From NCBI GenBank assembly GCA_001825155.1, contig MHVH01000005.1, forward strand, positions 3,528 through 67,527: DNA of 64,000 nt. Reading direction: 5' to 3'. The position numbers and the translations under genes are program-made. Shown piece by piece: positions 17,981 through 28,505 of this stretch. Under the pieces are notes generated by a model. The model made no database searches, had not been told where the DNA came from, and saw only the letters and a list, made by a program, of their open reading frames with translations. The DNA comes from Candidatus Zambryskibacteria bacterium RIFCSPHIGHO2_01_FULL_46_25 (GTDB lineage: Bacteria; Patescibacteriota; Minisyncoccia; Phycocordibacterales; Zambryskibacteraceae). Each line of letters begins with the position of its first letter. Positions within the stretch are counted from its first letter, which is position 1.

Positions 17981-19285
17981 ATGCCGAAAAAAATTGAGGA
18001 TATAATCGTTTCCGACAGGAGAAGGAGCATTCGGGATATTCCTATTCCAGAAAGCAGGCGCAAGCTTCCTGCCAAAGCGCCGCGCATGGATGCGATAGAA
18101 GACACTTCATCTCTTCCTCCCGTACGCACGCCCATTCCTCGCCATAAGAAAGGTTTCCGCAGGAAAATATGGACTGCCGGTGCCGTTGCAGTTGTTATCC
18201 TGTTGTTCGCCATTCTCTCGCTTATGAATGGCGCGACATTGAGTTATGTGCCGAAATCGGCCGCTCTCGCGTTTGATAACGATGCCTACACCGCTCACAA
18301 GTCCGGCGCGAATGGCCTCTTCTATAGTGTGGTCAAGCTCTCTCGCGATAAAAGTATGAATGCTCCCGCTGGAGCTGAGCAGAATGTGAGCCGGAAGGCT
18401 TCCGGAGTAATAGTAGTCTACAACGATAGCGCCGAGTCCCAGCGCCTGGTTGAGAACACGCGTTTCGAATCTCCGTCCGGCAAGATTTATAGGATAAGCA
18501 AAGCAATAACCACGCCGGCAAGGAGAGCCGTAAGCGGCGTTACCCAACCCGGTTCCGTGGAGGCGACTGTCTATGCCGATGTGGCGGGTGAAGCGTATAA
18601 TTCCGCGCCGACGGATTTTACCGTTCCAGGACTTAAAGGTACTTCGCGCTATAGCACTATTTATGCTCGCTCGAAAACTCCTCTTGCCGGAGGCTTTGTC
18701 GGCATGGAAAAGGTAGTCAAGGCGGAGGACCTTAGCCGGACCAAGACGGAACTGGAAACCGCCTTAAGAGAAGAACTCTACCGCGAGGCGGAAGCGGAGG
18801 TGCCGGAGGACTTCATCCTTTTCCGAACTCTTTCAACATTTGATTTCGAAGATTTGCCCCAGGCTCCAGGTAGTGGCGGTAGCGCGGTTGTGAGTATGAG
18901 AGGCCACCTCTATGGCGTCATGTTCAAGAAGAGCGATTTCGCCGGTTTCCTCGCAGAGAAAAAACTCGGCACGGCTCCTGCTGAAATTATAGAAATTCCT
19001 GATTATTCCGCCCTTGAAATCGCCTTTGCCTCAGTACCTCCGGCGGATCTCCTGGCTTCAAACGATGTGAGTTTCAAAATTAAGGGTAATGCTCAGGCGG
19101 TTTGGGTAACAGACGAAGTTTCTCTCCGCGCCGATTTGGCTGGTCACCACAAGAGGGATGTGCCCGGCGTTCTCAACAATTATCCGACCATCGCTTCCGC
19201 GAGTGTTACCGTGAGACCGTTCTGGAAGTCCTCTGTTCCCGCCGAAGCGGAGAAAATCAAGATAACTAAACTCTCTTCCGAGTAG
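17981..19285 (+). CDS. hypothetical membrane-anchored protein
   Basis: Single TM helix near aa 65-90. Long, low-complexity extracytoplasmic region. Confidence 0.45.
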   Translation: MPKKIEDIIVSDRRRSIRDIPIPESRRKLPAKAPRMDAIEDTSSLPPVRTPIPRHKKGFRRKIWTAGAVAVVILLFAILSLMNGATLSYVPKSAALAFDNDAYTAHKSGANGLFYSVVKLSRDKSMNAPAGAEQNVSRKASGVIVVYNDSAESQRLVENTRFESPSGKIYRISKAITTPARRAVSGVTQPGSVEATVYADVAGEAYNSAPTDFTVPGLKGTSRYSTIYARSKTPLAGGFVGMEKVVKAEDLSRTKTELETALREELYREAEAEVPEDFILFRTLSTFDFEDLPQAPGSGGSAVVSMRGHLYGVMFKKSDFAGFLAEKKLGTAPAEIIEIPDYSALEIAFASVPPADLLASNDVSFKIKGNAQAVWVTDEVSLRADLAGHHKRDVPGVLNNYPTIASASVTVRPFWKSSVPAEAEKIKITKLSSE

Positions 19286-19286
19286 T

Positions 19287-19517
19287 ATGGCAAAAAGCGT
19301 CAATCCTATAGAGAAAACAGGTGTTGTTACGGAATCGCTTCCAAATATCATGTTCAAGGTTAAGCTCGATGATCCGCCAGTTGGCGGAGGTGAAGAAATA
19401 TTGACCTACCTTTCCGGCAAGATGAGACTCCACCGCATTAGGGTACTTGTGGGGGACAAAGTTATTATGGAGATGGAGCCCTATGGCGGCAAAGCCCGCA
19501 TAACCAAGCGTTTATAA
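19287..19517 (+). CDS. infA: translation initiation factor IF-1
   Basis: S1-like IF-1 sequence (…LPNIMFKVKLDD…SGKMRLHRIRVLVGDKV…). Confidence 0.9.
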   Translation: MAKSVNPIEKTGVVTESLPNIMFKVKLDDPPVGGGEEILTYLSGKMRLHRIRVLVGDKVIMEMEPYGGKARITKRL

Positions 19518-19565
19518 GAAAAGTCTTGCCAAGAAATCAGGCTTAGGTTACAATGCATTCTTGTC

Positions 19566-19682
19566 ATGAAAGTAAAGGCGGCGGTAAGAAAAATGTGCGC
19601 CAAATGCCAGATAGTCCGCAGGAAGGGCTATGTTTATGTTGTCTGCAAGGCCAATCCCCGTCATAAGCAAAGACAAGGTTAA
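19566..19682 (+). CDS. rpmJ: 50S ribosomal protein L36
   Basis: [38 protein letters not shown], 38 aa, C4 zinc-ribbon pattern. Not in the ORF track (below 60 aa). Confidence 0.85.
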   Translation: MKVKAAVRKMCAKCQIVRRKGYVYVVCKANPRHKQRQG

Positions 19683-20065
19683 TGAGAATACTCGGTATCA
19701 CCATTCCAGAAGAAAAGCGTCTTGAAATTGGCTTAACAATCCTTTACGGGGTTGGCCGTTCGCGCGCGCGTAGCATTCTCGACCAAGCCAAGATTCCTTA
19801 CGGCACCAAGTCCAAAGAGGCTACCGTCGAGCAGGAAAACAAGATTCGTTCTGTCATTGAGACCCTTATGCTTGAGGGAGACCTCAAGCGTGAAGTAACC
19901 AGCAACGTCAAGCGTCTCAAAGATATTAAGGCTTACCGGGGTATTCGTCACCAGCGAGGCTTGCCGACTAGGGGCCAGCGCACCAAGTCAAATTCTCGCA
20001 CCACGCGACCTTATCGAGGCAGGAAGACCATGGGCACAGGCAGGAAGATAGCGGAGAAGAAATAA
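19682..20065 (+). CDS. rpsM: 30S ribosomal protein S13
   Basis: S13 signature and position in the infA-rpmJ-rpsM-rpsK-rpsD-rpoA-rplQ order. Confidence 0.9.
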   Translation: MRILGITIPEEKRLEIGLTILYGVGRSRARSILDQAKIPYGTKSKEATVEQENKIRSVIETLMLEGDLKREVTSNVKRLKDIKAYRGIRHQRGLPTRGQRTKSNSRTTRPYRGRKTMGTGRKIAEKK

Positions 20066-20069
20066 AAAT

Positions 20070-20519
20070 ATGGGAAAGCAGAAAATCGTAACAATCAAAG
20101 ATACGGAGGTGAAAGTGGCGGATGCCGCTGTTGAGGCTGCTCCTGCTCAGCCGGTCAAGTCGTCCAAGAGGCGGGTCGATTCTGGCATTCTATGCGTTGA
20201 ATCTACTTACAACAACACCAAGCTTGTGCTGACCGATAATAAAGGAAACACTCTCGCCTGGTCTTCGAGTGGGAACCTTGGTTTCAAGGGAGCGAAGAAA
20301 GGCACTCCTTTTGCCGCCGCCAAGGTTGGAGAGGCGCTTGCCGTTAAGGCCGGGGATATGGGGGTAAAGGAAGTAAGGGTGGTAGTTAAAGGGGTCGGTT
20401 CCGGACGAGAGTCGGCTATTCGCGGATTTATTTCCAAAGGTATTAATCTTGTCGCCATCCGGGACATGACCCCGGTGCCTCATAATGGGCCGAAACCGCC
20501 TAAGCCGAGAAGGACATAA
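20070..20519 (+). CDS. rpsK: 30S ribosomal protein S11
   Basis: S11 conserved C-terminal region (…VKGVGSGRESAIRGF…). Confidence 0.9.
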   Translation: MGKQKIVTIKDTEVKVADAAVEAAPAQPVKSSKRRVDSGILCVESTYNNTKLVLTDNKGNTLAWSSSGNLGFKGAKKGTPFAAAKVGEALAVKAGDMGVKEVRVVVKGVGSGRESAIRGFISKGINLVAIRDMTPVPHNGPKPPKPRRT

Positions 20520-20520
20520 C

Positions 20521-21126
20521 ATGAAAATAGGACCGAAATACAAAATAGCAAGGCGTCTTGGAGCACCGATTTTCGAGAAAACCCAAGGACCGAAGTATGC
20601 CCTTTCTCTCGCGCGCAAGGAGAGAACCACAGCCAGGCGCGGTCGCCCAAAGAGCGAATATGGTCTCCAGCTTCTCGAGAAGCAGAAGGCGCGCTACAGC
20701 TACGGCATGACCGAAAGGCAATTCCGCATTTGCGTAGACAAAGCGCTTCGCTCAAGCTCTCCCGTACAGAAGCTCTTTGTCCTGCTTGAAACTCGTCTGG
20801 ACAATACGCTCTTCCGCGCTGGGATTGCCAAGACGCGCTCGGCCGCCAAGCAGATTGCCGGACATGGGCACGCTTTGGTGAATGGCCGTCGAGTGACCAT
20901 ACCATCAATGAGCCTCAAACTTGGCGATAAGGTGTCGATAAGAGAGGCATCTGCTGGAAGTATGCTCTTCTCGGATGCGGCCGATAGGATGAAAACGCTT
21001 GCCGCGCCTGCCTGGGTCAAGGTTGACCCTGAGCAGAGGGTGGCGGAAGTAGTGGGCGAGCCGGTGTACGTGCCAGGCGAACAACTCTTCGATCTCGGAG
21101 TCGTAATTGAATTCTATAACAGATAG
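20521..21126 (+). CDS. rpsD: 30S ribosomal protein S4
   Basis: Start MKIGPKYKIARRLG immediately after the rpsK stop. S4 domain. Confidence 0.9.
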   Translation: MKIGPKYKIARRLGAPIFEKTQGPKYALSLARKERTTARRGRPKSEYGLQLLEKQKARYSYGMTERQFRICVDKALRSSSPVQKLFVLLETRLDNTLFRAGIAKTRSAAKQIAGHGHALVNGRRVTIPSMSLKLGDKVSIREASAGSMLFSDAADRMKTLAAPAWVKVDPEQRVAEVVGEPVYVPGEQLFDLGVVIEFYNR

Positions 21127-21160
21127 TGTTATAATTATTACCTAATTTTTTCATAATATT

Positions 21161-22126
21161 ATGGCCGATTACACAATACATTTGCCTTCGAAGCCAAGAG
21201 TGGTTTCCGAGGAAGGGGATAGTGGAGTCTTCGAGATCGAAGGTCTTTACCCCGGCTACGGTCATACCCTAGGCAATAGCTTGAGACGCATCATCCTCTC
21301 CTCTCTTCCCGGTGTCGCTATTACCTCTGTCAAAATTGCCGGCGTGAGTCACGAGTTTTCGACGATAGAGGGTATTAAAGAGGATGTCGTAACCATCCTT
21401 CTTAACTTGAAGAAAATTCGTATGCGCTTCTCGACGGATGAATCACAAATTCTCTCTCTCAAGACTAAGGGCGAGAAAACTATCACAGCGGCAGATCTCG
21501 ATATTCCGGGCCAGGTGGAGATTCTTACCCCAGATGCTGTCATCGCGACCTTGACCTCCAAGTCGAGCGCTCTTGAGATTGAGATTAAGGCGGAGAAGGG
21601 ACTCGGCTTTATGCCGAAGGAAATGATTGAAAAATCCCGCGTAGACATTGGCTCCATCGCTCTCGATGGTATTTTTACGCCCATTCGTCGCGCCAGCTAC
21701 GAGGTGGAGAACATGCGCGTTGGCGACAGAACCGATTTCAATAAACTACGCCTGTTTATAGAGACGGATGGCACCATTACTCCGACCGAGGCTCTCACGG
21801 TCGCGATTGAGGTCATGATTAACCAGCTCAAGGCCATTGTCGGTTTCAAGGAGGAAATGCCTTTGGAGGAAGAGTTTCCTAAGTCTGCCGGAAGCTCTTC
21901 TGTCACAAGCCGGCCGGAAGTGGATCCGGAAGTGCTCAAGACCAGAATCGAATCTCTCGACATGGGTGCTCGCACACAGCACGCGCTTGCCGATGCCAAT
22001 ATTCGCACCGTCGGTGGCTTGGCCAGAAAGAAGGAAAAAGACCTTCTCGAGATAGAGGGTCTCGGCGCCAAGGGCATTCAGGAAATCAGGAAGGCTCTGG
22101 GAGAATTTGGCATTACTCTCAAGTAA
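21161..22126 (+). CDS. rpoA: DNA-directed RNA polymerase subunit alpha
   Basis: N-terminal dimerisation domain (…GYGHTLGNSLRRIILSSLPG…) and C-terminal alphaCTD helix-hairpin-helix. Confidence 0.95.
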   Translation: MADYTIHLPSKPRVVSEEGDSGVFEIEGLYPGYGHTLGNSLRRIILSSLPGVAITSVKIAGVSHEFSTIEGIKEDVVTILLNLKKIRMRFSTDESQILSLKTKGEKTITAADLDIPGQVEILTPDAVIATLTSKSSALEIEIKAEKGLGFMPKEMIEKSRVDIGSIALDGIFTPIRRASYEVENMRVGDRTDFNKLRLFIETDGTITPTEALTVAIEVMINQLKAIVGFKEEMPLEEEFPKSAGSSSVTSRPEVDPEVLKTRIESLDMGARTQHALADANIRTVGGLARKKEKDLLEIEGLGAKGIQEIRKALGEFGITLK

Positions 22127-22127
22127 A

Positions 22128-22475
22128 ATGCGGCACGGTAACAGCAACAGAAAATTCGGTAGGAAAACCGACCAGAGAAGGGCTCTGATGAAGTCCTTGG
22201 CGTACTCACTCGCGCTTAAGGGCAAGATCAAGACTACGGAAGCCAAGGCCAAGGAGCTCCGCCCATTTATGGAGAAGCTGGTTACTCTCGGCAAGAAGGA
22301 GACTCCCGCTTCCAAGAGGCTTCTCGTAAGTCGAGTAGGGGCGCCCGCCGCCAAGAAAATTTTCAACGATCTCGCGCCTACCTACAAGGAGAGAGCCGGT
22401 GGCTATCTTCGCATTACCAAGATGGTTCGCAGAAAGTCCGACGGCGCTCCCCAGGCGGTAATAGAATTTGTATAA
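22128..22475 (+). CDS. rplQ: 50S ribosomal protein L17
   Basis: MRHGNSNRKFGRKTDQRRALM… L17 N-terminus. Confidence 0.9.
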   Translation: MRHGNSNRKFGRKTDQRRALMKSLAYSLALKGKIKTTEAKAKELRPFMEKLVTLGKKETPASKRLLVSRVGAPAAKKIFNDLAPTYKERAGGYLRITKMVRRKSDGAPQAVIEFV

Positions 22476-22482
22476 CATGAAC

Positions 22483-22827
22483 ATGAAGCACACTATTGAT
22501 GCCAAAGGAAAAGTGCCCGGACGAATAGCGACGCAGGTAGCGGTTATTCTCATGGGGAAGAACAGAACAGACTTCGCCCGAAACAAAATTCCTGATGTCG
22601 AAGTCGAGGTCACTTCCGCCGGAGGTATGGTTCTAAACCAGAAGAAACTTACGGACAAGAAGTACGCTCGCCACTCACTCTATCCGGGAGGTCTTACGCT
22701 GGAATCGATGGCGCATGTCGTCGAGAAGAAGGGCGCCAAGGAAGTGCTCCGTCGCGCGGTTTATGGCATGCTCCCGAAGAACAAATTGCGCCCGCGCATG
22801 ATGAAGAATTTGAAAATCCATGAGTAA
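22483..22827 (+). CDS. rplM: 50S ribosomal protein L13
   Basis: MKHTIDAKGKVPGRIATQVA… Start could be 22468 or 22477. Confidence 0.88.
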   Translation: MKHTIDAKGKVPGRIATQVAVILMGKNRTDFARNKIPDVEVEVTSAGGMVLNQKKLTDKKYARHSLYPGGLTLESMAHVVEKKGAKEVLRRAVYGMLPKNKLRPRMMKNLKIHE

Positions 22828-23212
22828 AGAAAAATATTTAGAAGCAGTAGGGAGAAGGAAGACCGCGATTGCCCGCGTGCGCATCACGCCTGCGACGAAG
22901 TCCACCGTAGTCGTAAACGGGGGAGAATTCGAAAAATATTTCCCGACTCAAGAACTTCGCAGGACAATCCTTTCCGCCTTTAACGACGTGCCGGGCAAGT
23001 TCGAAGTCTCGGCCAAGCTTATCGGCGGTGGCATTTCTTCGCAAGCAGACGCCTTCCGCCACGGTATTGCCAGAGCTCTCCTCGTCCACGATGTGAACCT
23101 TCGCTCAATGCTCAAGCTCAAGGGCTTCCTCAAGCGCGACCCTCGCGCCAAGGAACGTCGCAAATTCGGTCTCAAGAAAGCCCGCAAAGCCCCGCAGTGG
23201 TCGAAGAGATAG
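22820..23212 (+). CDS. rpsI: 30S ribosomal protein S9
   Basis: …GGGISSQADAFRHGIARAL… and C-terminal KFGLKKARKAPQWSKR. Confidence 0.9.
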   Translation: MSKEKYLEAVGRRKTAIARVRITPATKSTVVVNGGEFEKYFPTQELRRTILSAFNDVPGKFEVSAKLIGGGISSQADAFRHGIARALLVHDVNLRSMLKLKGFLKRDPRAKERRKFGLKKARKAPQWSKR

Positions 23213-23214
23213 TC

Positions 23215-23237
23215 ACTTAGCTGTCCGACAGCTAAGT
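23215..23237. repeat. perfect palindrome ACTTAGCTGTC-CG-GACAGCTAAGT (copy 1). Probable bidirectional terminator
   Basis: Copies at 23581..23603 and 63372..63394. Located after the rpsI stop and downstream of the minus-strand small gene. Confidence 0.6.
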
Positions 23238-23318
23238 TGTGTGAATTTTTGCAAAACGAAACCCCGTACCAGAGCCGAAGCTTAGTACGGGGCGTGGGAT
23301 AGGTGTCGGCGGCGGGTT

Positions 23319-23501
23319 TCAGTCGGGGATGACACAGGCGGAAAACGAAACGATGTTCTTGCTACGTGCCAGTGCCATTTCTTCCGCGGCCTGCCGAATC
23401 TCCAGAGAGATGTTATCTCCCTCCTTGATTTCGATTTCCGTCGAATCGAGTTTGTTGTCGTGTATCTCGTCTTCTAAAACAACCATTACTAGCAACTTCA
23501 T
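23319..23501 (-). CDS. small acidic hypothetical protein (60 aa)
   Basis: ATG preceded by AAGGAGG at 7-nt spacing on the minus strand. AT-rich islet. Confidence 0.4.
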   Translation of the reverse strand: MKLLVMVVLEDEIHDNKLDSTEIEIKEGDNISLEIRQAAEEMALARSKNIVSFSACVIPD

Positions 23502-23580
23502 AGACAGCCTCCTTTTACTACCATACGCCAAATAAGTATTTTGTCAAATCTAAACTTGATTTATGCGGTTTTTATAATGC

Positions 23581-23603
23581 ACTTAGCTGTCGGACAGCTA
23601 AGT
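23581..23603. repeat. palindromic repeat copy 2 (ACTTAGCTGTC-GG-ACAGCTAAGT)
   Basis: Brackets the AT-rich small-gene insert together with copy 1. Confidence 0.6.
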
Positions 23604-23667
23604 GCTGAAGTGGAGGAATTCCAGTGGTTGAAGTTGCATATTATTTTGCCTAGAGCATACTAACATT

Positions 23668-24186
23668 ATGGTGAATATCTTTTGGGGAGTTCTTAGTGGT
23701 GTAATTACTTCAGCCATTCTTTTTCTTCTTTTTCTTTTGAAAGAAAAAGTTTTCAATCCTTGGTTAGAAAATAGGCTGTATAAGGGAGTGATGTTGGATG
23801 GGTCATGGACAGGCAAAAGATCACGCTCTCTCGCAAGTGTAAATCCTAAAACCGCCTCAACACATGAACTAAACATACAAATGGATCTTAAACAGAGTGG
23901 TTATAAAATCCAAGGCATTTTTTCGGCGGATTCAGGAATAACAATTCAGAAGGATAAAACGAGACAATATAGTAATGTATATAGAATACATGGGCATATT
24001 CAAGATAATTTTGTTGTTCTTGAATACTATCCATTTTCCAGAAAAAGAGTTGGTATAGGGACATTCTTACTTGAGGTTAGGGAGGGTGGCAAAAAGTTAG
24101 TGGGACACGCAACCTTTGTTTCTGAAGGGGCTATGAATATCGTAACTATGCAAGACATTACTCTCGATAGGGTTAGTGAGAATTAA
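23668..24186 (+). CDS. hypothetical protein with N-terminal transmembrane helix (172 aa)
   Basis: AT-rich. TM helix at aa 8-28. No recognisable domain. Confidence 0.4.
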   Translation: MVNIFWGVLSGVITSAILFLLFLLKEKVFNPWLENRLYKGVMLDGSWTGKRSRSLASVNPKTASTHELNIQMDLKQSGYKIQGIFSADSGITIQKDKTRQYSNVYRIHGHIQDNFVVLEYYPFSRKRVGIGTFLLEVREGGKKLVGHATFVSEGAMNIVTMQDITLDRVSEN

Positions 24187-24229
24187 GCCCTTGATTTTTT
24201 TTATAAATTAGATATTCTATAACCCACCT

Positions 24230-24763
24230 ATGGATCCAAAAAACGACGATTTTTCTATTGAAAGTACTGATCTTGACGACTCGGTGATAGCCGAGGAGCA
24301 TGCTAGTGAGTCCATACAGAAACTCAGGGCGAAGCTCAAGGAGGCGGAAGGGAAAGCCAAGGAGTATCTCGACGGTTGGCAGAGAGCGCAGGCCGACTTT
24401 GTTAATATAAGAAAGAGGGATGACGAAGCGAAGAATGAGTTCCTGAAGTTCGCCAATTCCGACCTCATATATCAGCTCATGCCGGTGCTCGACAGCCTGG
24501 AGCTCTCATTGCCGCATGACAACAAAGAACTTGAAGCCGTCTATAAGCAGCTTCTCTCTATCCTCAAGTCGAATGGTTTGGAAGAATCAAATCCCATGGG
24601 AATGGAATTTGATCCGCGCCTTCACGAATCCATTGGCACTCTTCCGGCCGAGACTGGCGAGGATGACCACAAAATTCTTGAAGTTGCGCAAAAAGGTTAT
24701 ATACTATCGGGGAAAATTATCAGACCCGCCAAAGTAAAGATTGGCGAATTTAACGGAAAATAA
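24230..24763 (+). CDS. grpE: nucleotide exchange factor GrpE
   Basis: GrpE motifs (…[15 protein letters not shown]…MPVLDSLE…). Confidence 0.9.
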   Translation: MDPKNDDFSIESTDLDDSVIAEEHASESIQKLRAKLKEAEGKAKEYLDGWQRAQADFVNIRKRDDEAKNEFLKFANSDLIYQLMPVLDSLELSLPHDNKELEAVYKQLLSILKSNGLEESNPMGMEFDPRLHESIGTLPAETGEDDHKILEVAQKGYILSGKIIRPAKVKIGEFNGK

Positions 24764-24764
24764 A

Positions 24765-26648
24765 ATGGCTAAAATAATTGGAATCGATCTTGGAACAACT
24801 TTTTCCGCGGTGGCGGTAGTGGAAGCGGGCAACCCGAAGATTCTTGAGAACGCGGAGGGCGCGCGCACCACTCCTTCCATAGTCGCTATTTCGAAAACGG
24901 GTGAGCGTCTCGTTGGCCTTCTTGCCAAACGTCAGGCCGTTACCAATCCGAAGAATACTATCTTCGGCATCAAGCGCTTTATCGGTCACACTTATGCCGA
25001 CCCTGCCGTGCAGAAGGACAAGGTTACCGTGCCATTTGAGCTCAAGGAGGGTGCCAATGGCGGCGTAATGGTGAAGATAGGTGATAAAGACAATCGTCCG
25101 GAAGAAATTTCCGCCATGATTCTACAGAAACTTAAGGTCGATGCCGAAACCAGATTGGGCGAGAAGGTGACTGAAGCTGTCATCACCGTGCCAGCCTACT
25201 TCAACGACTCTCAGCGCCAGGCTACCAAGGATGCCGGTCAGATAGCCGGATTAAACGTATTACGCATTATCAATGAGCCCACGGCCGCCGCTCTGGCATA
25301 CGGCTTCAACAAGAAGAAGAATGAGCAGATTGCGGTCTTCGACTTCGGTGGAGGTACTTTCGACATCTCCATCCTCGAGGTTGGCGATGACGTGGTGGAG
25401 GTTAAGAGCACCGACGGCGACAGTCATCTCGGAGGCAAGGATATCGACCAGAAGGTTTTAAACTTCATCGCAGACGAGTTTAAGAAAGAATCAGGAATTG
25501 ATGTAAGAAGCGACGCTCTCGCTCTCCAGCGTCTCGATGAAGCGGCTGAGAAGGCAAAGATTGAACTCTCAACTGCAACCGAAACAGAAATAAATATTCC
25601 CTTCGTTACTTCCGATGCTTCCGGTCCAAGACACCTCCTCATGAAGCTTTCTCGTGCCAAACTCGAGGAACTCTCGAGAGAATTTGTGGACCGCGCCATG
25701 GAGATAACCAAGCGGGCCGTAGAGGCATCACCCTTCAAAATAAATGAGATTGAAGAAGTAATTCTTGTCGGCGGTCAGACTAGGATGCCTATGATTGCCG
25801 AAGCGGTGAAGGTCTTCTTCGGCAAGGAGCCGAACAAATCCATCAATCCGGACGAAGTGGTCGCCCTCGGCGCCGCCATCCAGGGAGGTATTCTCGCCGG
25901 AGATGTCAAAGACGTTTTGCTTCTTGATGTTATCCCGCTTTCTCTCGGCATCGAGACCATGGGCGGAGTGGCTACCAAGCTTATCGAGAAGAACACCACC
26001 ATCCCTTCCGCGAGGTCGCAGATATTCTCCACCGCGGCTGACAACCAGACCAGCGTGGAGATTCATATCGTCCAAGGCGAGCGCGCCATGGCCGCCGACA
26101 ACAAGAGTCTCGGCCGATTTATTCTCGACGGCATACCGCCGTCGCCCAGAGGCATGCCCCAAGTTGAGGTGACCTTCGACATCGACGCCAATGGCATATT
26201 GAACGTGAAGGCCAAGGACAAGACCACCAACAAAGAACAATCGATAAGAATCGAGGCCTCCTCCGGACTCTCGAAGGAAGATATCGAGAAGATGCAGAAA
26301 GACGCCGAAACGAATGCTGCCGAAGACCAGAAGAAGAAGGAGTTAGTTGACGCCAAGAATACCGCCGAACAACTTGCCTACACCGCTGAGAAATCTCTTA
26401 AAGATGCTCCATCTGTGCCGGAAGACATCAAGTCAGGAGTTAATGGCAAAATTGACGCATTGAAAAAAGAAAAAGAAAGCGGCACTTTGGAATCCATCAA
26501 GTCCGCCACCGAGGCACTCTCGGCGGAGATGCAGAAGATAGGGGAGTACCTCAACAAACAATCAACAACTGACAATAAACAAGAAGGTCCGGAAGTGAAG
26601 GACGCTGAGGTTAAGGAAGAGCCCAAGAAAGAAGAGGAGAATAAATAA
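24765..26648 (+). CDS. dnaK: molecular chaperone DnaK (Hsp70)
   Basis: [26 protein letters not shown], full Hsp70 architecture. Start directly after the grpE stop. Confidence 0.97.
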   Translation: MAKIIGIDLGTTFSAVAVVEAGNPKILENAEGARTTPSIVAISKTGERLVGLLAKRQAVTNPKNTIFGIKRFIGHTYADPAVQKDKVTVPFELKEGANGGVMVKIGDKDNRPEEISAMILQKLKVDAETRLGEKVTEAVITVPAYFNDSQRQATKDAGQIAGLNVLRIINEPTAAALAYGFNKKKNEQIAVFDFGGGTFDISILEVGDDVVEVKSTDGDSHLGGKDIDQKVLNFIADEFKKESGIDVRSDALALQRLDEAAEKAKIELSTATETEINIPFVTSDASGPRHLLMKLSRAKLEELSREFVDRAMEITKRAVEASPFKINEIEEVILVGGQTRMPMIAEAVKVFFGKEPNKSINPDEVVALGAAIQGGILAGDVKDVLLLDVIPLSLGIETMGGVATKLIEKNTTIPSARSQIFSTAADNQTSVEIHIVQGERAMAADNKSLGRFILDGIPPSPRGMPQVEVTFDIDANGILNVKAKDKTTNKEQSIRIEASSGLSKEDIEKMQKDAETNAAEDQKKKELVDAKNTAEQLAYTAEKSLKDAPSVPEDIKSGVNGKIDALKKEKESGTLESIKSATEALSAEMQKIGEYLNKQSTTDNKQEGPEVKDAEVKEEPKKEEENK

Positions 26649-26670
26649 TGGTTCGACAGCCTCACCATAA

Positions 26671-27546
26671 ATGAAGGATTACTACAAGATTCTGGGTGTT
26701 AATAAGGACGCAAGCCAGGACGAGATTAAGAAGGCGTTCAGGAAGCTTGCGCACGCGCACCATCCGGACAAGTCTGGCGGCGACGAAGCCAAGTTCAAGG
26801 AAGCCAACGAAGCTTACTCCGTGCTCTCGGACAAGAAGAAACGCACGCAATATGACCAGTTTGGTTCGGCTACTGGACCAGCCGGGGGCTGGTCCAGCAC
26901 CAACGGTTTCAATCCATCGGATTTCGGCTTCTCCGCCGATTTTGGCGGATTCTCCGGATTTGGCCAGCAGGGATTCGATGCCGGAGATTTGGGTGATATT
27001 CTCTCATCTATTTTCGGCGGTAGACGAGTGCGCCGCGGCAGGGATATCGCGGTTGATATAGAATTATCTTTCCAAGAATCAATCTTTGGCGCACAACGCA
27101 AAGTGGTTATTAATTCCAAATTTGTGAAGCAGAAAGAGGTTTCCATCTCCGTGCCGCCCGGTATCGACGACGGACAGATGATAAGACTCTCCGGCATGGG
27201 CGAGACGCTTGATGGCGGGCTGCCGGGCGACCTGTATGTCAAGGTTCACGTGCGAAGGCATCCGTATCTTCGTAAGGACGGATACAATCTCGCCATGGAC
27301 TTACGAGTACTTCTCTCGGATTCGCTTCTCGGCGCCGAGAAGAAGATTGCCACGCTTGATGGCGAAATTACCTTGAAGGTTCCTTCCGGCACCAAGCATG
27401 GCACAATTCTCCGGGTGAAGGGCAGGGGCGTGCCGAGCGAGCGCGGCAGAGGCGACCTTTATATCCGCATTCTCATAGACATCCCCGAGAAGCTCTCCAA
27501 AGAACAAAAGAAACTCGTTGAGGAATTAAAGAAACAGGGGTTATAA
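26671..27546 (+). CDS. dnaJ: DnaJ-like co-chaperone, J-domain plus C-terminal domains, without Cys-rich zinc finger (CbpA-type)
   Basis: J-domain DYYKILGV…HPDK. G/F-rich region. No CxxCxGxG repeats. Confidence 0.8.
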   Translation: MKDYYKILGVNKDASQDEIKKAFRKLAHAHHPDKSGGDEAKFKEANEAYSVLSDKKKRTQYDQFGSATGPAGGWSSTNGFNPSDFGFSADFGGFSGFGQQGFDAGDLGDILSSIFGGRRVRRGRDIAVDIELSFQESIFGAQRKVVINSKFVKQKEVSISVPPGIDDGQMIRLSGMGETLDGGLPGDLYVKVHVRRHPYLRKDGYNLAMDLRVLLSDSLLGAEKKIATLDGEITLKVPSGTKHGTILRVKGRGVPSERGRGDLYIRILIDIPEKLSKEQKKLVEELKKQGL

Positions 27547-27553
27547 TTACATA

Positions 27554-28504
27554 ATGTCTAAAAAGATACTATTATCCGGGGTAAAGCCGACGGGGAGGCC
27601 GCATGTCGGCAACTATTTCGGCGCCATGAAGCAGTTCGTCGAGCTCCAGAGTCAATACGAGAGTTACATCTTCATCGCGGACCTGCACGCCCTAACTACC
27701 GTCCAGAACAGGCAAGAGCTTGAGGAGAACACGACGGGCGTGCTTCTCGACTACATGGCCATAGGCCTCGATCCAAAGTCGGTAACGATTTACAAACAAT
27801 CTGACGTGCCACAGGTGGCGGAGCTTGCATGGATTTTCAACTGTCTTACAACTGTGCCCTACCTCGAGCGTGCTCACGCTTACAAGGACGCTGTTGCCAA
27901 CAAGAAGGAGCCGAATGTGGGCCTATTTGACTACCCCATGCTCATGGCGGCGGATATCTTGATACAAGATGCGGATGTTGTACCTGTGGGTCAGGACCAG
28001 AAGCAACATGTAGAGATTGCTCGCGACACGGCAGAAAAATTCGACAGAATTTTTCAAAAATGCTTCAAACTACCAGAACCTCTTATACTCGATACTGTGG
28101 CGACCGTTCCCGGCACAGATGGCAGGAAGATGAGCAAGAGTTATAACAACACCATTCCGCTTTTCGCGAGCGATGAAGAGATAGAAAAAGCGGTGATGGG
28201 TATTGTAACCGACTCTGGCGCTGATGTTCCGGAAAATGTTTACGCTATCCACGCGCTCCTTCGTGACAGAGTTTCGCTTGACGCTCTTTATGCCGAGAAC
28301 AAGGGTCAGTACAAGAAGCTCAAGGAATTGCTTATCGAGGACTTGAAAGCCATGATTACCCCCATGCGCGAGAGGCGCCAGGCGCTCGAAGAAGATAAGT
28401 CTGCCGTGCTCGAAGTGCTCAAAGCCGGCGGCCTCGTTGCCCACGAGAGAGCCGAGAAGAAGATGGAGGAGGTGAGAAAAGCAGTGGGATTAAAATTATA
28501 CTGA
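27554..28504 (+). CDS. trpS: tryptophanyl-tRNA synthetase
   Basis: GVKPTGRPHVGNY (HIGH-like) and KMSKS. About 316 aa, class Ic. Confidence 0.9.
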   Translation: MSKKILLSGVKPTGRPHVGNYFGAMKQFVELQSQYESYIFIADLHALTTVQNRQELEENTTGVLLDYMAIGLDPKSVTIYKQSDVPQVAELAWIFNCLTTVPYLERAHAYKDAVANKKEPNVGLFDYPMLMAADILIQDADVVPVGQDQKQHVEIARDTAEKFDRIFQKCFKLPEPLILDTVATVPGTDGRKMSKSYNNTIPLFASDEEIEKAVMGIVTDSGADVPENVYAIHALLRDRVSLDALYAENKGQYKKLKELLIEDLKAMITPMRERRQALEEDKSAVLEVLKAGGLVAHERAEKKMEEVRKAVGLKLY

Positions 28505-28505
28505 A

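Noticed and set aside
25728-26240. Multiple antisense or alternative-frame ORFs within dnaK, the ribosomal protein genes and nrdJ
   Set aside because: They overlap highly conserved genes with certain reading frames.
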